From: Chrysomallon squamiferum
Taxonomy: Eukaryota > Animalia > Mollusca
Direction of reading: 5' to 3'
Assembly (NCBI GenBank): GCA_012295275.1
Contig: CM022677.1
Coordinates: forward strand, 16,554,001-16,618,000
DNA length: 64,000 nt
Shown: one piece after another, positions 45,795 through 59,580 of the stretch
Numbering within the stretch: the first letter of the stretch is position 1
Layout of the letters: the number at the start of each line of letters is the position of its first letter
The notes under the pieces: model-generated
Seen by the model: only the letters and a program-made list of their open reading frames with translations
Told to the model about the DNA's origin: nothing
Databases searched by the model: none
Made by a program: the position numbers and the translations under genes

Positions 45795-47075
45795 TAGGCA
45801 TAGTGGATTTATAAGGAAACGGAATTAAGTATAACACAGTTACAGATTAAAATAGGTATAATCATAGCTGATGTTAAGAAAACGGAATTAGGCATAACAC
45901 AGTAATAGATAAAATAGGTATAATCAAAGTTGATTTATGACAAAACGGAATTAGGTATAACACAGTTACAGATTAAAATAGGTATAATCATAGCTGATGT
46001 TAAGAAAACGGAATTAGGCATAACACAGTAATAGATAAAACAGGTATAATCATAGTTGATTTATGAGAAAACGGAATTAGGTATAACACAGTAATAGATA
46101 AAACAGGTATAATCATAGTTGATTGATGAGAAAACGGAATTAGGTATAACACAGTAATAGATAAAACAGGTATAATCATAGTTGATTTATGAGAAAACGG
46201 AATTAGGTATAACACAGTAATAGATAAAATAGGTATAATCATAGTTGATTGATGAGAAAACGGAATTAGGTATAACACAGTAATAGATAAAACAGGTATA
46301 ATCATAGTTGATTGATGAGAAAACGGAATTAGGTATTACACAGTAATAGATAAAATAGGTATAATCATAGTTGACTTATGAGAAAACGGAATTAGGTATA
46401 ACACAGTAATAGATAAAATAGGTATAATCATAGCTGATGTTAAGAAAACGGAATTAGGTATAACACATTAATAGATAAAATAGGTATAATCATAGTTGAC
46501 TTATGAGAAAACGGAATTAGGTAACACAGTAATAGATAAAAATAACATAGTTGATTTATAATAGATAAAATAGGTATAATCATAGTTGATTTTGAGAGAA
46601 AACGGAATTAGGTATAACACAGTAATAGATAAAATAGGTATAATCATAGCTGATGTTAAGAAAACGGAATTAGGTATAACACATTAATAGATAAAATAGG
46701 TATAATCATAGTTGACTTATGAGAAAACGGAATTAGGTATAACACAGTAATAGATAAAATAGGTATAATCATAGTTGATTTATGAGAAAACGGAATTAGG
46801 TATAACACAGTAATAGATAAAATAGGTATAATCATAGTTGATTTATGAGAAAACGGAATTAGGTATAACACAGTAATAGATAAAATAGGTATAATCATAG
46901 CTGATTTATATGAAAACGGAATTAGGTATAACACAGTAATAGATAAAATAGGTATAATCATAGTTGATTTATGAGAAAACGGAATTAGGTATAACACAGT
47001 AATAGATAAAATAGGTATAATCATAGTTGATTTATGAGAAAACGGAATTAGGTGTAACACAGTAATACATAAAAT
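45795..47075. repeat. 63-bp minisatellite, about 20 copies
   Basis: Unit GAAAACGGAATTAGGTATAACACAGTAATAGATAAAATAGGTATAATCATAGTTGATTTATGA. It shows as a 21-aa period in the minus-strand ORFs. Confidence 0.97.
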
Positions 47076-47191
47076 GGACATTTTAAGATCTACGGCGGAG
47101 ATTTTCAAAACGATTTTTTCATTTATGAATTAAAGCTTAAATATTGTAAATGGTTTATACAAAAGGTTCAAGAAATAAAATGTAACCTGTG

Positions 47192-47227
<36 letters not shown>

Positions 47228-47531
47228 CATATATATATATATAGACATAAACTTGTTTAATGCTAACATAACCTTTTATAAAAATAATATCAACCAAAAA
47301 AATGTAAAAGTATACCAACTAAAATAAAATAAAATAAAATAAACGTGAATTAAAGAAAAAATAAAAAACATCAAAAAACCCACAGCCATAATGTTAAAAA
47401 CACAAACAAATCAAATAGTATTGTACACTGAACAAAAAAAAATCGTTTACATTTATATTAGCATAACATAAACAAAAATCAACAATATCTAAATACAAAA
47501 AAATACAAAAAATATATTAAAAAAAAATATA

Positions 47532-47609
<78 letters not shown>

Positions 47610-47906
47610 TTCAGTTAAATAGAAAAAACACTAAACAAAAACAAAACAAAAACAAATAGAGGACAATATTAATAAAATAAAAAAGTAAATAATTGTTATT
47701 AGTGTAAACAATATCGTAATAATAATAACATAAACATCAGCAGCAACAACGACGACGACGACGACAACAACAACAACAACAACAACAACAATAATAATAA
47801 TAATAATCACTATAATGATAATGACGATGATGACGTTGAAGTTGATGATGATAATGATAATAATAGGGACAATGATAACAGTGGTAATAAATAAATAAGC
47901 CAAAAG

Positions 47907-47939
<33 letters not shown>

Positions 47940-48788
47940 AACAAACAAAAGAAAAAACAATTACCCAATCGACAAATTAACAAACAAACAAATTTATTAA
48001 TAAATAAATAAATAGAAATTAAATAAATAAATAAATGAATAAATGAATGAATAAATAAATAAACAAACAAGCAAACAAACAAATAAATAAGTAAATAAAC
48101 AAACATAAACAAATAAATGATTAAATAAGTAAGTAAATAAATAAATAAATAAATCACAGTCACAAACGTTTATATTATGTTACATAATTATCAACGTCAC
48201 AAACGTGTATTTATTTTTTTATTATATTAATTAATTTTTTTTTAATTTTATTTTCAACTCAAATTCATTCAGGAAATCTGCAACAGCAACAGAACATGCA
48301 AACCAAGCTGGCAGTCCTCCTTGTTTTGGGAATGGTACAAATTTAATGAGTCCTAGGTAACTGTATTAAAGTTTGATTCTATTTTAAAGCTTGATTCATT
48401 CATATGAAAGAGGGTCCTCCTACAAATAATGACCTGTATTAAAGTTTGATTCTATGCCATTCAATCAAGTCTGCAGTATCTATGTCAAAGAGTCTGAATC
48501 AAACAGGAAAATAATCATTTTACAAAGCCAAACTGTAGTGATAATGTGGCAGTCCTTCTATTAATAGTACATAAAGACAGTAACTGTTTTGAGTCGGTTA
48601 AACATATCGGATACATTCATTTGAAGATGGATGAAGATGGATTCATCTGTGTCAGAACAATTATTTTATACAAATAAAGAGAAAAGGCATATTATTTTAA
48701 AAAAAAAATGACAGAATTGTTTTGAAAGAAATTTCAAAACAAGAATCGTTTTGTTTTCATTTCAAAACAATTATTATTATTTTTATTA

Positions 48789-48828
<40 letters not shown>

Positions 48829-48983
48829 TTATTTGTATTTGTATTAATATTTGTTATCATCATCATCATAATTGTTGTTTCTTGATGTTGGTGATGTTGT
48901 TTTTCTTTTCCTTCTATTTCTTCTTCTTCTTCTTCTTCTTCTTCTTCTTCTTTCTTCTTCTTCTTCTTATTATTATTATTATT

Positions 48984-49015
<32 letters not shown>

Positions 49016-49267
49016 GTCATTATTCTATCATTATTAATTTTGTTATTCCTTTCATTTTAATTTTTTTTTATATTTATTTATATATATATATATATAAATA
49101 TATACATACATACATACATATATATATTTTTATATATATATATATGCTTGTACTAGCTGTTATTCTTTCATCATTAATATTTATTAATTAATTAATTAAT
49201 TTTATTTTATTTATTTATTTATTTATTTATTTTTTTTATTTTTATTTTATTTTATTTATTTATTTGT

Positions 49268-49298
<31 letters not shown>

Positions 49299-49303
49299 TT
49301 TGT

Positions 49304-49346
<43 letters not shown>

Positions 49347-49389
49347 CTTATTTATTTATTTTTATTTATTTATTTACTTATTTATTTAC

Positions 49390-49436
<47 letters not shown>

Positions 49437-49464
49437 CTTACTTACTTATTTACTTATTTATTTT

Positions 49465-49503
<39 letters not shown>

Positions 49504-49575
49504 CTTACTTACTTACTTACTTATTTATTTATTTATTTATTTATCTATTTACTTATTTACTTACTTATTGCAGTC

Positions 49576-50406
49576 ATGTCGGACACTTTTGACATCACAA
49601 TCACGGAGGACGAGATGGACTTAATCGTGGAGGGACAAGAAGAAGAGGACAGCAGCTCGACCCGCGACAGCGCCGGATCCGGAAACACGTCACGACAGGA
49701 AACCCCCGCCATTGTCGTCCTCGAGAAGCGCCTTCCGGAGCCGCTGTACGGCCGCGACGGCAAGATCTTCAGCTTCAGGACCCGGATGTGTTGCCCTGCT
49801 TGCAGCGATCCGAAGAAGTACAAGTACATCCAGGAGTACAACAAGCACTGGATCACGAAGCACGAAAAATACGTGTACGTGTTCAAGTGTCCCGTGAAGG
49901 AGTGCCCGCGCACGATGCGCAAGAAGCACGACGTGCTGCGTCACGCGATGAAGACCCACACGGACATACCCGAACGGGAGCTGGCCGAAGTCGAAGGCGG
50001 GCTGATCCACAACAGGAACTACGTCAACCCGAAAGGGCTGATCTTCGGGGCGGTCGACCTCTTCCCGAACCTTTCGAAGGAGGAGTCGAAGGAGCTGTTG
50101 AACACCGCTGGTTTTCTCTCCGTGCCCAGCTCCTCCAAGACGTCATCGGGTCGAATTCCCGCGCTGATGGACTTGAAGTTACCGGACATTAAGAAAGCCC
50201 AGAGCGAGAACTCGTTGGAGCCGAGGGGGATCGACGGAAAACGACGATTCTGGCCGACACTTGCCGACATACCGGCGGATCCCCAACAGCTGGAGATCTT
50301 CTGCAATCAAGGGTTGCAGGCGGGAATCGTTCTGGAAAAGGCGCTGTCACGAGCGAAGAAGCGAAACGGGAGCACACCCGAACCTTTTCTGAATGTTCCC
50401 CTGTGA
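49576..50406 (+). CDS. Uncharacterised 276-aa protein with an acidic N-terminus and two atypical C2H2 zinc fingers
   Basis: GC-rich open frame with G/C-ending codons. The ATG lies 2 nt after a gCAG acceptor. Contains C-x2-C-x14-H-x4-H and C-x4-C-x12-H-x4-H, followed by NRNYVNP. The upstream 104 aa of the ORF track are a (TTTA)n artefact. Confidence 0.85.
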   Translation: MSDTFDITITEDEMDLIVEGQEEEDSSSTRDSAGSGNTSRQETPAIVVLEKRLPEPLYGRDGKIFSFRTRMCCPACSDPKKYKYIQEYNKHWITKHEKYVYVFKCPVKECPRTMRKKHDVLRHAMKTHTDIPERELAEVEGGLIHNRNYVNPKGLIFGAVDLFPNLSKEESKELLNTAGFLSVPSSSKTSSGRIPALMDLKLPDIKKAQSENSLEPRGIDGKRRFWPTLADIPADPQQLEIFCNQGLQAGIVLEKALSRAKKRNGSTPEPFLNVPL

Positions 50407-50900
50407 AACAGTTGCTCGTTCATTTCGTTAGATAAACGGGAATGGCTAAAAATGAGATTTTGTAAACGTACTGCTTGGAATATTTTGTTGAACAAAAAAA
50501 AAAAAAAAAAAAGGCTTTGATATTACAGACTTCACGAAAGCAGAGCTGAAAATAAGGTATCTTATTAAAAACTGATTTGTTAAGATATTCTTCAGTTTAG
50601 TCATCAATGGTATTTTACGAAATCACTGATTTGAAAAATTTGTTGAACAAAAAGACCCTGAATGCTTCGATATGGACATTTAACTTATTGAAACAAGAGA
50701 TGAAAAATGATATATTTTTTTTATTAAAGAGATCATGTGAAAAATCCACCTAGTTTCATGGGTAAAGGGTATCTACGAAATCATTGATTGTTGAACAAAA
50801 AAAGTATTGCTTTTATAAGGATACTTAACTTCTAGAATCGAGAGCTGAAAGATCTGAGTTTGAAAAAAAAGAGTATTATTATTATTATTATTATTTATTT

Positions 50901-50973
<73 letters not shown>

Positions 50974-51720
50974 TATTATTATTATTATTATTTTTTTTTT
51001 TTTGTTTTTTGTTTTTTTTTTGTTCTGATCATGAGTAAATCGAATTTGGAAAATCAATGATTTAAAAAGTTTGAATTCAGTGATTTCGAACAGCTTACTT
51101 CATAAAAGAGAAATAGGAAAACAAATTCTAAGAGAACTTTTTTGAAGATTATAGTTTAAGGAATCAAAGGCTGAATTCTCTGATTTGAAATTAAAATGAA
51201 GAAGGTAACGAAAATAAGACATTATGTTATAAACATAGTTAGTTAGGAATTCTAGTGTTGAAGAATATAGGTCCAGAAAGTTAGCATTCAGTGTTCTAAT
51301 TTGAACAGTAAATAGATGAAACAGGTTACTTTAGCAATATACTTATGTAAGAATTATTGTTTTTGAAAATTATGGTTCCAGAGAGTTAAAAGTCGATTAC
51401 TGTAATCTGAGCATTTAATAACATACGTTAAATTGATTATTTTATGTCTATTGTTATTTATAAATTTTAGTAGAATTAATAATGATGACGATGAAAAAGC
51501 ATGTTTTGAAAATTATATCCATCTATCTCTCTACCTATCTATCTGTCTGTCTGTCTATCTGTCTATCTATTTATCTAATATATCTCTATATCTGTCTATT
51601 TATCTGTCTATCTATTTATCTAATATATCTATCTATCTGTCTGTCTATTTATCTAATCCATCTATCTACCTCTCTATCTGTCTGTCTGTCTGTCTGCCTA
51701 TCTATCTATCTATCTATCTA

Positions 51721-51760
<40 letters not shown>

Positions 51761-52280
51761 CCTATCTATCTATCTATCTGTCTATCTAGCTGAAATATAT
51801 TAAAAATGTTGATTAATCTCTGCTCATATGTATTACTGATGATTTTTTGCTAGCAACTTGCGTTTAACACGATATTCTATTTCTGTTAATAAATCACCTG
51901 TAAGTTATAATTGTAATTTTATACCAGCGTAGATGATACACGTGCTACGGAGGTAAATCCATAATGTGCCACGTGTAGCTGAGCTGTACGGTGACACAAT
52001 TATTGAAAAATCATGTTTGTTTTTGATTCGTTGATTGTAAGAGTTAAACTTCATGTAAATGCCATGAGAAAAATCTGTGCAATTCCCCGATGGAATCCAT
52101 ATGTGTATATTTTGTATAATGAATGTAGATTAGAATTCAGATTTTTGAATTGTAATATTTTGTCAAAAAGTAGTAGCAGTAGCAGGTTTTTTGTTCTTGT
52201 TGTTATTAGTTATTTTCACCTATTCTTCTTTTTCTCATTCTTGTTTTCCCCATCTCTCTCTATTCACATTAGCACTAACC

Positions 52281-52390
<110 letters not shown>

Positions 52391-52984
52391 TCATCTACAT
52401 AATTCTTTATATTTTTCGACATCTTTTGACCCGCCTGTATGTCTCTCTATTACTCACTCTACCTATCTACCTCTGAACTGTAAAGAAATTAACCATATAG
52501 CCACAAACACAGAAAGGTATCTACATCAACACATAAACGCGCATGTATGTTAGAAGCATACAAATGCAGATGTACACATTTGTTCATTCATACACACATA
52601 CATACACACCTATATATACTTACACATATACATACATGTAGACATACATACATACATACATATACATAAATACATACATACACACACACACATACATACA
52701 TTCATACATATATACATACACACACACATACATACATACATACATACGTAAAAACACGCACATGAAGGATAAATATTTTCAGTAGCCGATTAAGAATACA
52801 CAACTTATTCTACCTACATTTTCTGACGTCTGTGTTTGCTGGAAATGGCTTGTTTCAAAACGTAGTATTTTTAATTTTTAATGATGTAACGTATTTGACC
52901 GTTTTTATTTACCTTTTTTTTTTCTTCTTTTTTTCTTCTTTATTTAGTTATATATTTTTTTCTTATTACCCTTTTTTTTTTCAT

Positions 52985-53077
52985 AATGATTGGTTCTAAC
53001 AAATCACGTGATCGATATCAGATCACGTGACTTTTATTTTCTCTTCCAGTATTGTTTTCGGTGGAGGCAGACAAGAT

Positions 53078-53112
<35 letters not shown>

Positions 53113-53260
53113 GAAACATTATATTATTATTTGTTGTTGTTGTAGTAGTTGTAGTTGTTATAGCCACTCAAACAAATAGATATATTAGACAATTTTAGAA
53201 CAGAAGACAAAATGGCGAACCTCGACTTTATATTGGCCAATGGGACGTCATTGCCGCTTT
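52985..53260. promoter_or_regulatory. Candidate promoter with paired TCACGTGA E-boxes, CCAAT and YY1-like sites
   Basis: TCACGTGATCGATATCAGATCACGTGA (53004-53030), GATTGG, CAAAATGGCG (~53208), ATTGGCCAAT (~53232) and GACGTCA. Confidence 0.4.
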
Positions 53261-53762
53261 GAGTTAATATAATAAAACGTTTATGAGTAATACTGTTTAA
53301 TATATGGTTACAAACTGTATATTTATTGTTGGAAACTATTTTATTTATTTACCAAGGACGGACGTTACGGATGAAATGACGAGATGGTCTATGCACGTGA
53401 CACTGAATGTAAAGAGTTATCTTCCGTTGCAAAAGAGTTATCTTCCGTTGCAAAAAAAGATAATACTTCTGGTGGCTGCAGTTAATGTGATTATACGTAA
53501 TTGCTTTTAGTAATATCTCGAAACTGTTTTGTATATAATTGTATGAAAATGTATGTGTGATTTCAAATAAATTTTCATTATTATTATAATATCCGAAGCT
53601 GTTTGTTTTTTATTTTCTTTACTTTTTTTATTTATCCATTTATTTATTTATTTATTTATTTATTTATTTCTTCTTCTTCTTCTTCTTCTTCTTCTTCTTC
53701 TTCTTCTTCTTCTTCTTCTTCTTCTACTTCTTCTTCTTCTTCTTATTGTTATTATTATTATT

Positions 53763-53797
<35 letters not shown>

Positions 53798-54012
53798 TTT
53801 TAAATTTATTCTTGTTACTCTTTTCCCGTTTTACTCATTCGTATCATACCAACTTCGGCGGGGTAACTCGGAAATAATCGTCACTATTCGGAAGGAATCG
53901 GAACTTAATTTAGAAATGATGAGAAATTGATATGAAAAAACAAAATTGAATCGGAGTACTCTTTGGAGTGTTTAAGTTACCTGATTTAATATAAAATAAA
54001 TAAGTAAATAAA

Positions 54013-54062
<50 letters not shown>

Positions 54063-54117
54063 AGGTGAGTGTGACTAAATATATATAATATATAATGTAT
54101 CTATGTATTTTTAGGAT

Positions 54118-54300
54118 TTGAATATCTTCTCTGTCTTAGACTGCACACAGACAATATTCGGGAACGCACTGGCGCAGGAGGACAAAGTTCAATCACGACC
54201 TCACAAACCCGTCAGATGCCGCTGACGAGACTCGAACGTATGACACCCATTCACCCACAATCCGAAGGCGGACAACGTCATCGTTCGGCCTTCAAGACAA
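54118..54300 (-). mobile_element. tRNA-derived SINE, near full length
   Basis: On the minus strand: A-box-like AGGCCGAACGA, anticodon-arm-like TCCGCCTTCGGATTGTGG, B-box GTTCGAGTC, then the shared body. Confidence 0.78.
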
Positions 54301-54418
54301 CCGAACATTAACCCAATTTAAAAAGTTCAATCCACAGATATTGACCATAAACAGAAGGTCAATCTCATAAACAAACAAATAAACAAATAAAGAAAGAAAT
54401 AAGGAAAGAAAACAAAAG

Positions 54419-54456
<38 letters not shown>

Positions 54457-54820
54457 AACAAATAAACAAACAAAGAAGTAAATTGTAACCATACCTTACT
54501 GGCTTCAAGGTCAAAAAAAAAAAAAAAAAAAAAGAAAAAAGGTTTAATATATTTTTTTCTTATATATACATAGACATATTTATTTTTCCATTGTTATCGA
54601 ACCTGCCTGCATTGAATCGTGTACAGCGTTTGTCCACAAAAGCCAATACAGAGTTGTCGCAGCATACTAATCAATCCCTTCCAGATGTCGCTTTGTCATT
54701 TTCTTAATCAAACGTGGTTTTTTTTTTATAGGTTGTGTCAAATGAAGATTGGATTTTTCTGTCAAAGTTCATATTCGTGAAAGATTATTTATTTATTTAT
54801 TGGTTTATTTATTTTAATTA

Positions 54821-54886
<66 letters not shown>

Positions 54887-54909
54887 TTAATAATAAAATA
54901 GTCGTTTAT

Positions 54910-54984
54910 TTAAAATTTATTATTTGTGAAATCGATGTTTAAAGAGAAAATAAATATATTAACAGATGAGCGCACGTTATATAC

Positions 54985-55020
<36 letters not shown>

Positions 55021-55420
55021 CATCATCATCGTCATCATTATTTATTTCATTATTTATGTAATTATTAATTAATTAAACTATATATTTATTTTTTATTTTA
55101 TTTTATAAAATTCTTATGCTAATAATAATAGTAATAATAATAATACGATGATGGTGATGACGATGATGATAATAATGATGATGATTATACAGATAAATTT
55201 ATAACTGACGTCACTTTTAATGATATCACTGCACCAAAACACGATGTTTTACGAATACTGTAGTCAACAAAAAGAAAGAAAAACAGAAAAAAGGACAGCG
55301 TACAACAGCACCAGCATCGACAACAACAACGATGACAACAACAACAACTAAAGAAATAATAGTAATAATAGCAATAACAATAACAGCAGCAGCAGCAACA
55401 ACAATAACAACAATAATAAC
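54910..55420. repeat. Right arm of the long-range inverted duplication
   Basis: Reverse complement of 27330-27797, including unique non-microsatellite blocks. Confidence 0.9.
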
Positions 55421-55426
55421 AACATA

Positions 55427-55471
<45 letters not shown>

Positions 55472-56290
55472 AGTAATAATAATAAGAAGAAGAAGAAGAA
55501 GAAACATATCATTTAAAAATGTATAGTGTTTTAACCTGATTTAAACATGAAATTCACGAAACATTAAATGTCTGCAATATTAATGACCAGAATTTGACGT
55601 CAACAGTAGTCCTACGTCAATCAGGTTGTGACGTCAAAATACTTTCAAAAGAATTGGTGAACGGATTTTCTGATATTTGTTTATTAATTAATTAATTAAT
55701 TAATTAATTAATTGTTATTATTATTATTATTATTGTTGTTGTTGTTGTTGTTGTTGTTCATGTTGTTATTGTTGTTGTTGTTGCTGTTGCTGTTGTTGTT
55801 AAATAATTTCATTAGCATTTATTTTAGTCGGTGATAAAATAAAGAAAACAGCTGTAATCAATGACGCTTGATCATGTGACCGATAAATTACGAAACCCTC
55901 CCCCACCCTACTCAATCCCTCCCTAATAATCTAAATGTACACCCAGTAACATCTCAAGTTGAAATTTATATTTTGATCAATAAATGAAATTTGTTTTACT
56001 GATAAAACGTGTTAAAATTTACATTTTGCTTAGCTATTGCACCTATCAGATTTGTTTTGTTTGCCGTCCGAAGAAATTTATGTTCTAATTTTATTAATTC
56101 CTTATCGACTTGACTGCCAGTGAAATTGGTTTGCACTTAAGTTATGATAATATTTTTTTTTTTCAGAGAAAAATGATATCAGCATAAATTATTAAATAAA
56201 TGAAAGCTGACAAAGAGTGAACTAAATTTGCACTTGATATCAGAAAGGCGATAAAAGTTTATTTATATATTTCTTTCTTTATTTCATTAT

Positions 56291-56335
<45 letters not shown>

Positions 56336-56757
56336 TTCGTTATATATATTTTTATTTATATAATTTATTTATTTATTTGGTTATTTATTTTTATTTATTT
56401 ATTTATTTATTTATTTATTTGGTTATATATTTTTTTATTTATGTATTTATTTATTTATATGGTCATTATTTTTTATTCATGTATTTATTTATTTATTTGC
56501 TTATTTATTTATTTATTTATTTAAATTTTAAGTTAATTTAAAATCAAGCTAATTACAAGAGTGATGAAAAAATCAGATACTTGGACAATGATATCGATAC
56601 AGAATTTGAAATAAGTAAAATAGATACTTTACCTATATCTTGCAAATATTATTTTCTAAAGTGTCTTTATAATTTATCTAACTCTCTGTCTATATAGATA
56701 ACAATATTCATCAGTAATCTGTCTATTGACCTATCTGTCTATACACTCACACTCACG

Positions 56758-56789
<32 letters not shown>

Positions 56790-56797
56790 TACATACA

Positions 56798-56922
<125 letters not shown>

Positions 56923-58015
56923 TGAGATGTATATATGCATATCACTGTATCTTCATCTGTCTACGTCTATCTGTTTGTGTGTATGTATGGTTAGATATAA
57001 AAAGTCGTGGTATGTACTGTTCTGTCTATGAGGCGGTTCAAGTAAAAAAAGTAACTAATAATTATGTCTTTCCTCTCTGGATAATTATTAAAAATAGAAT
57101 TGATATCATGTACGACAACTAAGGACCTTTTTACGTTAGAATATCTACATTCACTCCTATAAATAAAACTGTCAGTTACTTTGACAACCACATAACATAA
57201 TCTAACAGTTTCACATCACACCTTGATCTCTTTGTCAGTTATTACTTGTTGCTACGCAACTGACTGTGTGCTTAGAGCTGTTAACGTGCATGTGATGGTG
57301 TGCGGCAAGTTTCGGCATGTGTTATGACGTCACAAAAAATAAAAAAATAAAAAAACGGAAACAAATTTCAGGGACCAAGTTCTCGAAGATGTCGGTCGCT
57401 GGGTCATAACTACGTCATAAAATGGCGCGAACGACAACATAACCACCGAGTTAAAGACTGTTAGCCAAAAGTGTCGTCTGCTTCTTGTTACGATGTCGTC
57501 TGCTTCTTGTTACGATGCCGTCTGAAGTCTCTCGTAATGAAGAGAATCACGTTGTTGTTATTGTTTTCACTACCCGTGAGACGTTCATTTCGAGAAGCAC
57601 GTGCGTACGTTTTATCCCTAACTTTGAATACCACATTCGTGAACAGATGTATTTGCTCATGTGTATTTTGCTGATTACTTTATGTGTAGTTTTATTATTG
57701 ATTAATGTATTCATATTAAAACTAAGTGCATCATTAAAATCTCTAAGACAAGAACAAATGTGAATAAACGTTATCTAAATATTTGTATTGTAACCAGTGA
57801 ATGTTTTGTGTATTTTTGTTATTGTTTTTCTAGTATTTTTTTTTAGCTAATTCTCGAGAATGTATCTAGGTTGCCAGGGACTGGTTGACCTAGACAACAA
57901 GAACGACAACTCGTATTAACTTTTCACTGCGGAACGTCTTACCATCTCTGTTACTGAGCTTGTTATTAAAACCACTTTTAAATCTGTTACGTAAACACCT
58001 ATGTAAACATTTCTT

Positions 58016-58450
58016 TGTTATATCTTTAATTGCTACTATGTCTTTGTGTCTATGACAATGATGCTATTATCATAACCTGTAGATGACAGTACAGAGAAGA
58101 ATGTATTACAGATATATAATAACAAAATTAAAAAGCACATGTGTGGAAGTTTAACGTGGAAGATATACTCTTACATACAGTTCGTATTAACAAACACAGC
58201 TTTTTTAATGTAAATATATTTTTATTGTTAAACAAATTATTATATGAATGTCTCATGTATTTATCTGGTATACCTTTTCTCACATTTAATAACATAGGAT
58301 CAGTACATTGAAATATATAGTGATCATTCATCTCCAAGTTTGTTATGATTACAAATATTTTCTATTTTCTCTTAGAGGATTAAACCGTCATTCAGTTTCA
58401 ATAGGACATTTAGCATTCGAAGTTCAGTTATAGTTTACAAGCTCGAGACA
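58016..58450 (-). mobile_element. Non-LTR retrotransposon (LINE) 3' fragment, decayed
   Basis: Across frameshifts the minus strand reads TSNAKCPIET..RFNPLRENRK / ICNHNKLGDE / HYIFQC..RKGIP..LFNNKN..LKKLC. This is a C-terminal Cys/His region of the kind found in LINE ORF2; an RTE-X-like clade assignment is tentative. A short 3' UTR follows. Confidence 0.72.
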
Positions 58451-58851
58451 TTTTTATATTACATTTTAAATTGTTTATTGTTTTCGTAAACCCGATTACA
58501 AATTGTCTCTTTCTGGTAACTTTTACGTTTTAGCCAGTGTTTATTTGTCTAAGCTGGTTTGTTGTTTAAAGTGTAACGAGTGTTTCATTGTGTTTATTGC
58601 TTGCACCCAGTTCTGAACTGTGACAGTATGTGTGTACTTTTAAATATTTTATTTATTTGTTTTCCTTAAACGTCAGTATCGCCGCTATAATTTTAAAAAG
58701 TACTTTTTAAACAAGAGTCAGAAAGTGCAGAAGGTGATATATTTCTCGAACGTGCCGTTAAATAAATAAATAAACGTGTTGTCAGTTGATAAACCAGGTG
58801 TTAGAAAGAGAATTTTCTTTCTTTTAAAACCAACGTTGAGATTCAGTTGAG

Positions 58852-58928
<77 letters not shown>

Positions 58929-59292
58929 TATGTATGTGTAATATGCATATCTCCATATCTTCATCTGTCTACGTCTGTCAGTCTGTTTGTCAGCATCTAT
59001 GGCTGGATATTAAAAGTCGTGGTATGTACTGTTCTGTCTATGAGGCGGTTCAAATAATAAAAAAGTAACCTATGGTATAATAATGATGCCTTTTCTTTCT
59101 CTTATCATAATTATGCAAAATAAAACTGCTATCATGTACGAAAACAACTAAATGAGACCTTTTTACATCACAATATCTACATCCACTCCTATAAATAAAA
59201 CTGTTAGTAACTTTGACAACCACAAAACATAATGTAACAGTTTCACATCACCGTTATAAAACCTGAAACTAAACTAAAATACGTTTCAAACA

Positions 59293-59580
59293 CGGAGTAG
59301 CGTTTTCTAATTTCCACCACGTGTTTTCACGTCACGGCCTTGATCTCTTTGTCAGTTATTACTTGTTGCTAGGCAACTAACTGTGTGCTTAGAGCTGTTA
59401 ACGTGCATGCTCGCGCTGTGATGGTGTGTGGCAAGTTCCGGCACGTGTTATGACGTCATGAAATCGGAAAACTGTCGCAGAAAATAACCAAAACAAAATA
59501 AACCGGAATCAAATGTCAGGGGTCAAGTACCCGAAGATTTCGGTCGCTGGGTCATAACTACGTCATAAAATGGCGCGAAG
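59293..59580 (+). promoter_or_regulatory. Promoter-like cassette of the array B unit (representative copy)
   Basis: GGAGTAG, CACGTG, TTCACGTCAC, GTTGCTAGGCAAC (59365-59377, RFX X-box consensus), TAACTG, AGTTCCGG, CACGTG, TGACGTCA (59451-59458) and AAAATGGCG (59567-59575, YY1-like). Motif matches only; there is no functional evidence. Confidence 0.6.

Noticed and set aside
46000-47108. Repetitive membrane-protein ORFs
   Set aside because: They are by-products of the 63-bp minisatellite and are interrupted by stops in variant units.
49264-49575. N-terminal 104 aa of the 380-aa ORF
   Set aside because: It is a translation of a (TTTA)n tract upstream of a splice acceptor.
49557-50495. Overlapping alternative-frame and antisense ORFs over the zinc-finger gene
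   Set aside because: These are expected shadows of a GC-rich coding sequence and have no recognisable motifs.
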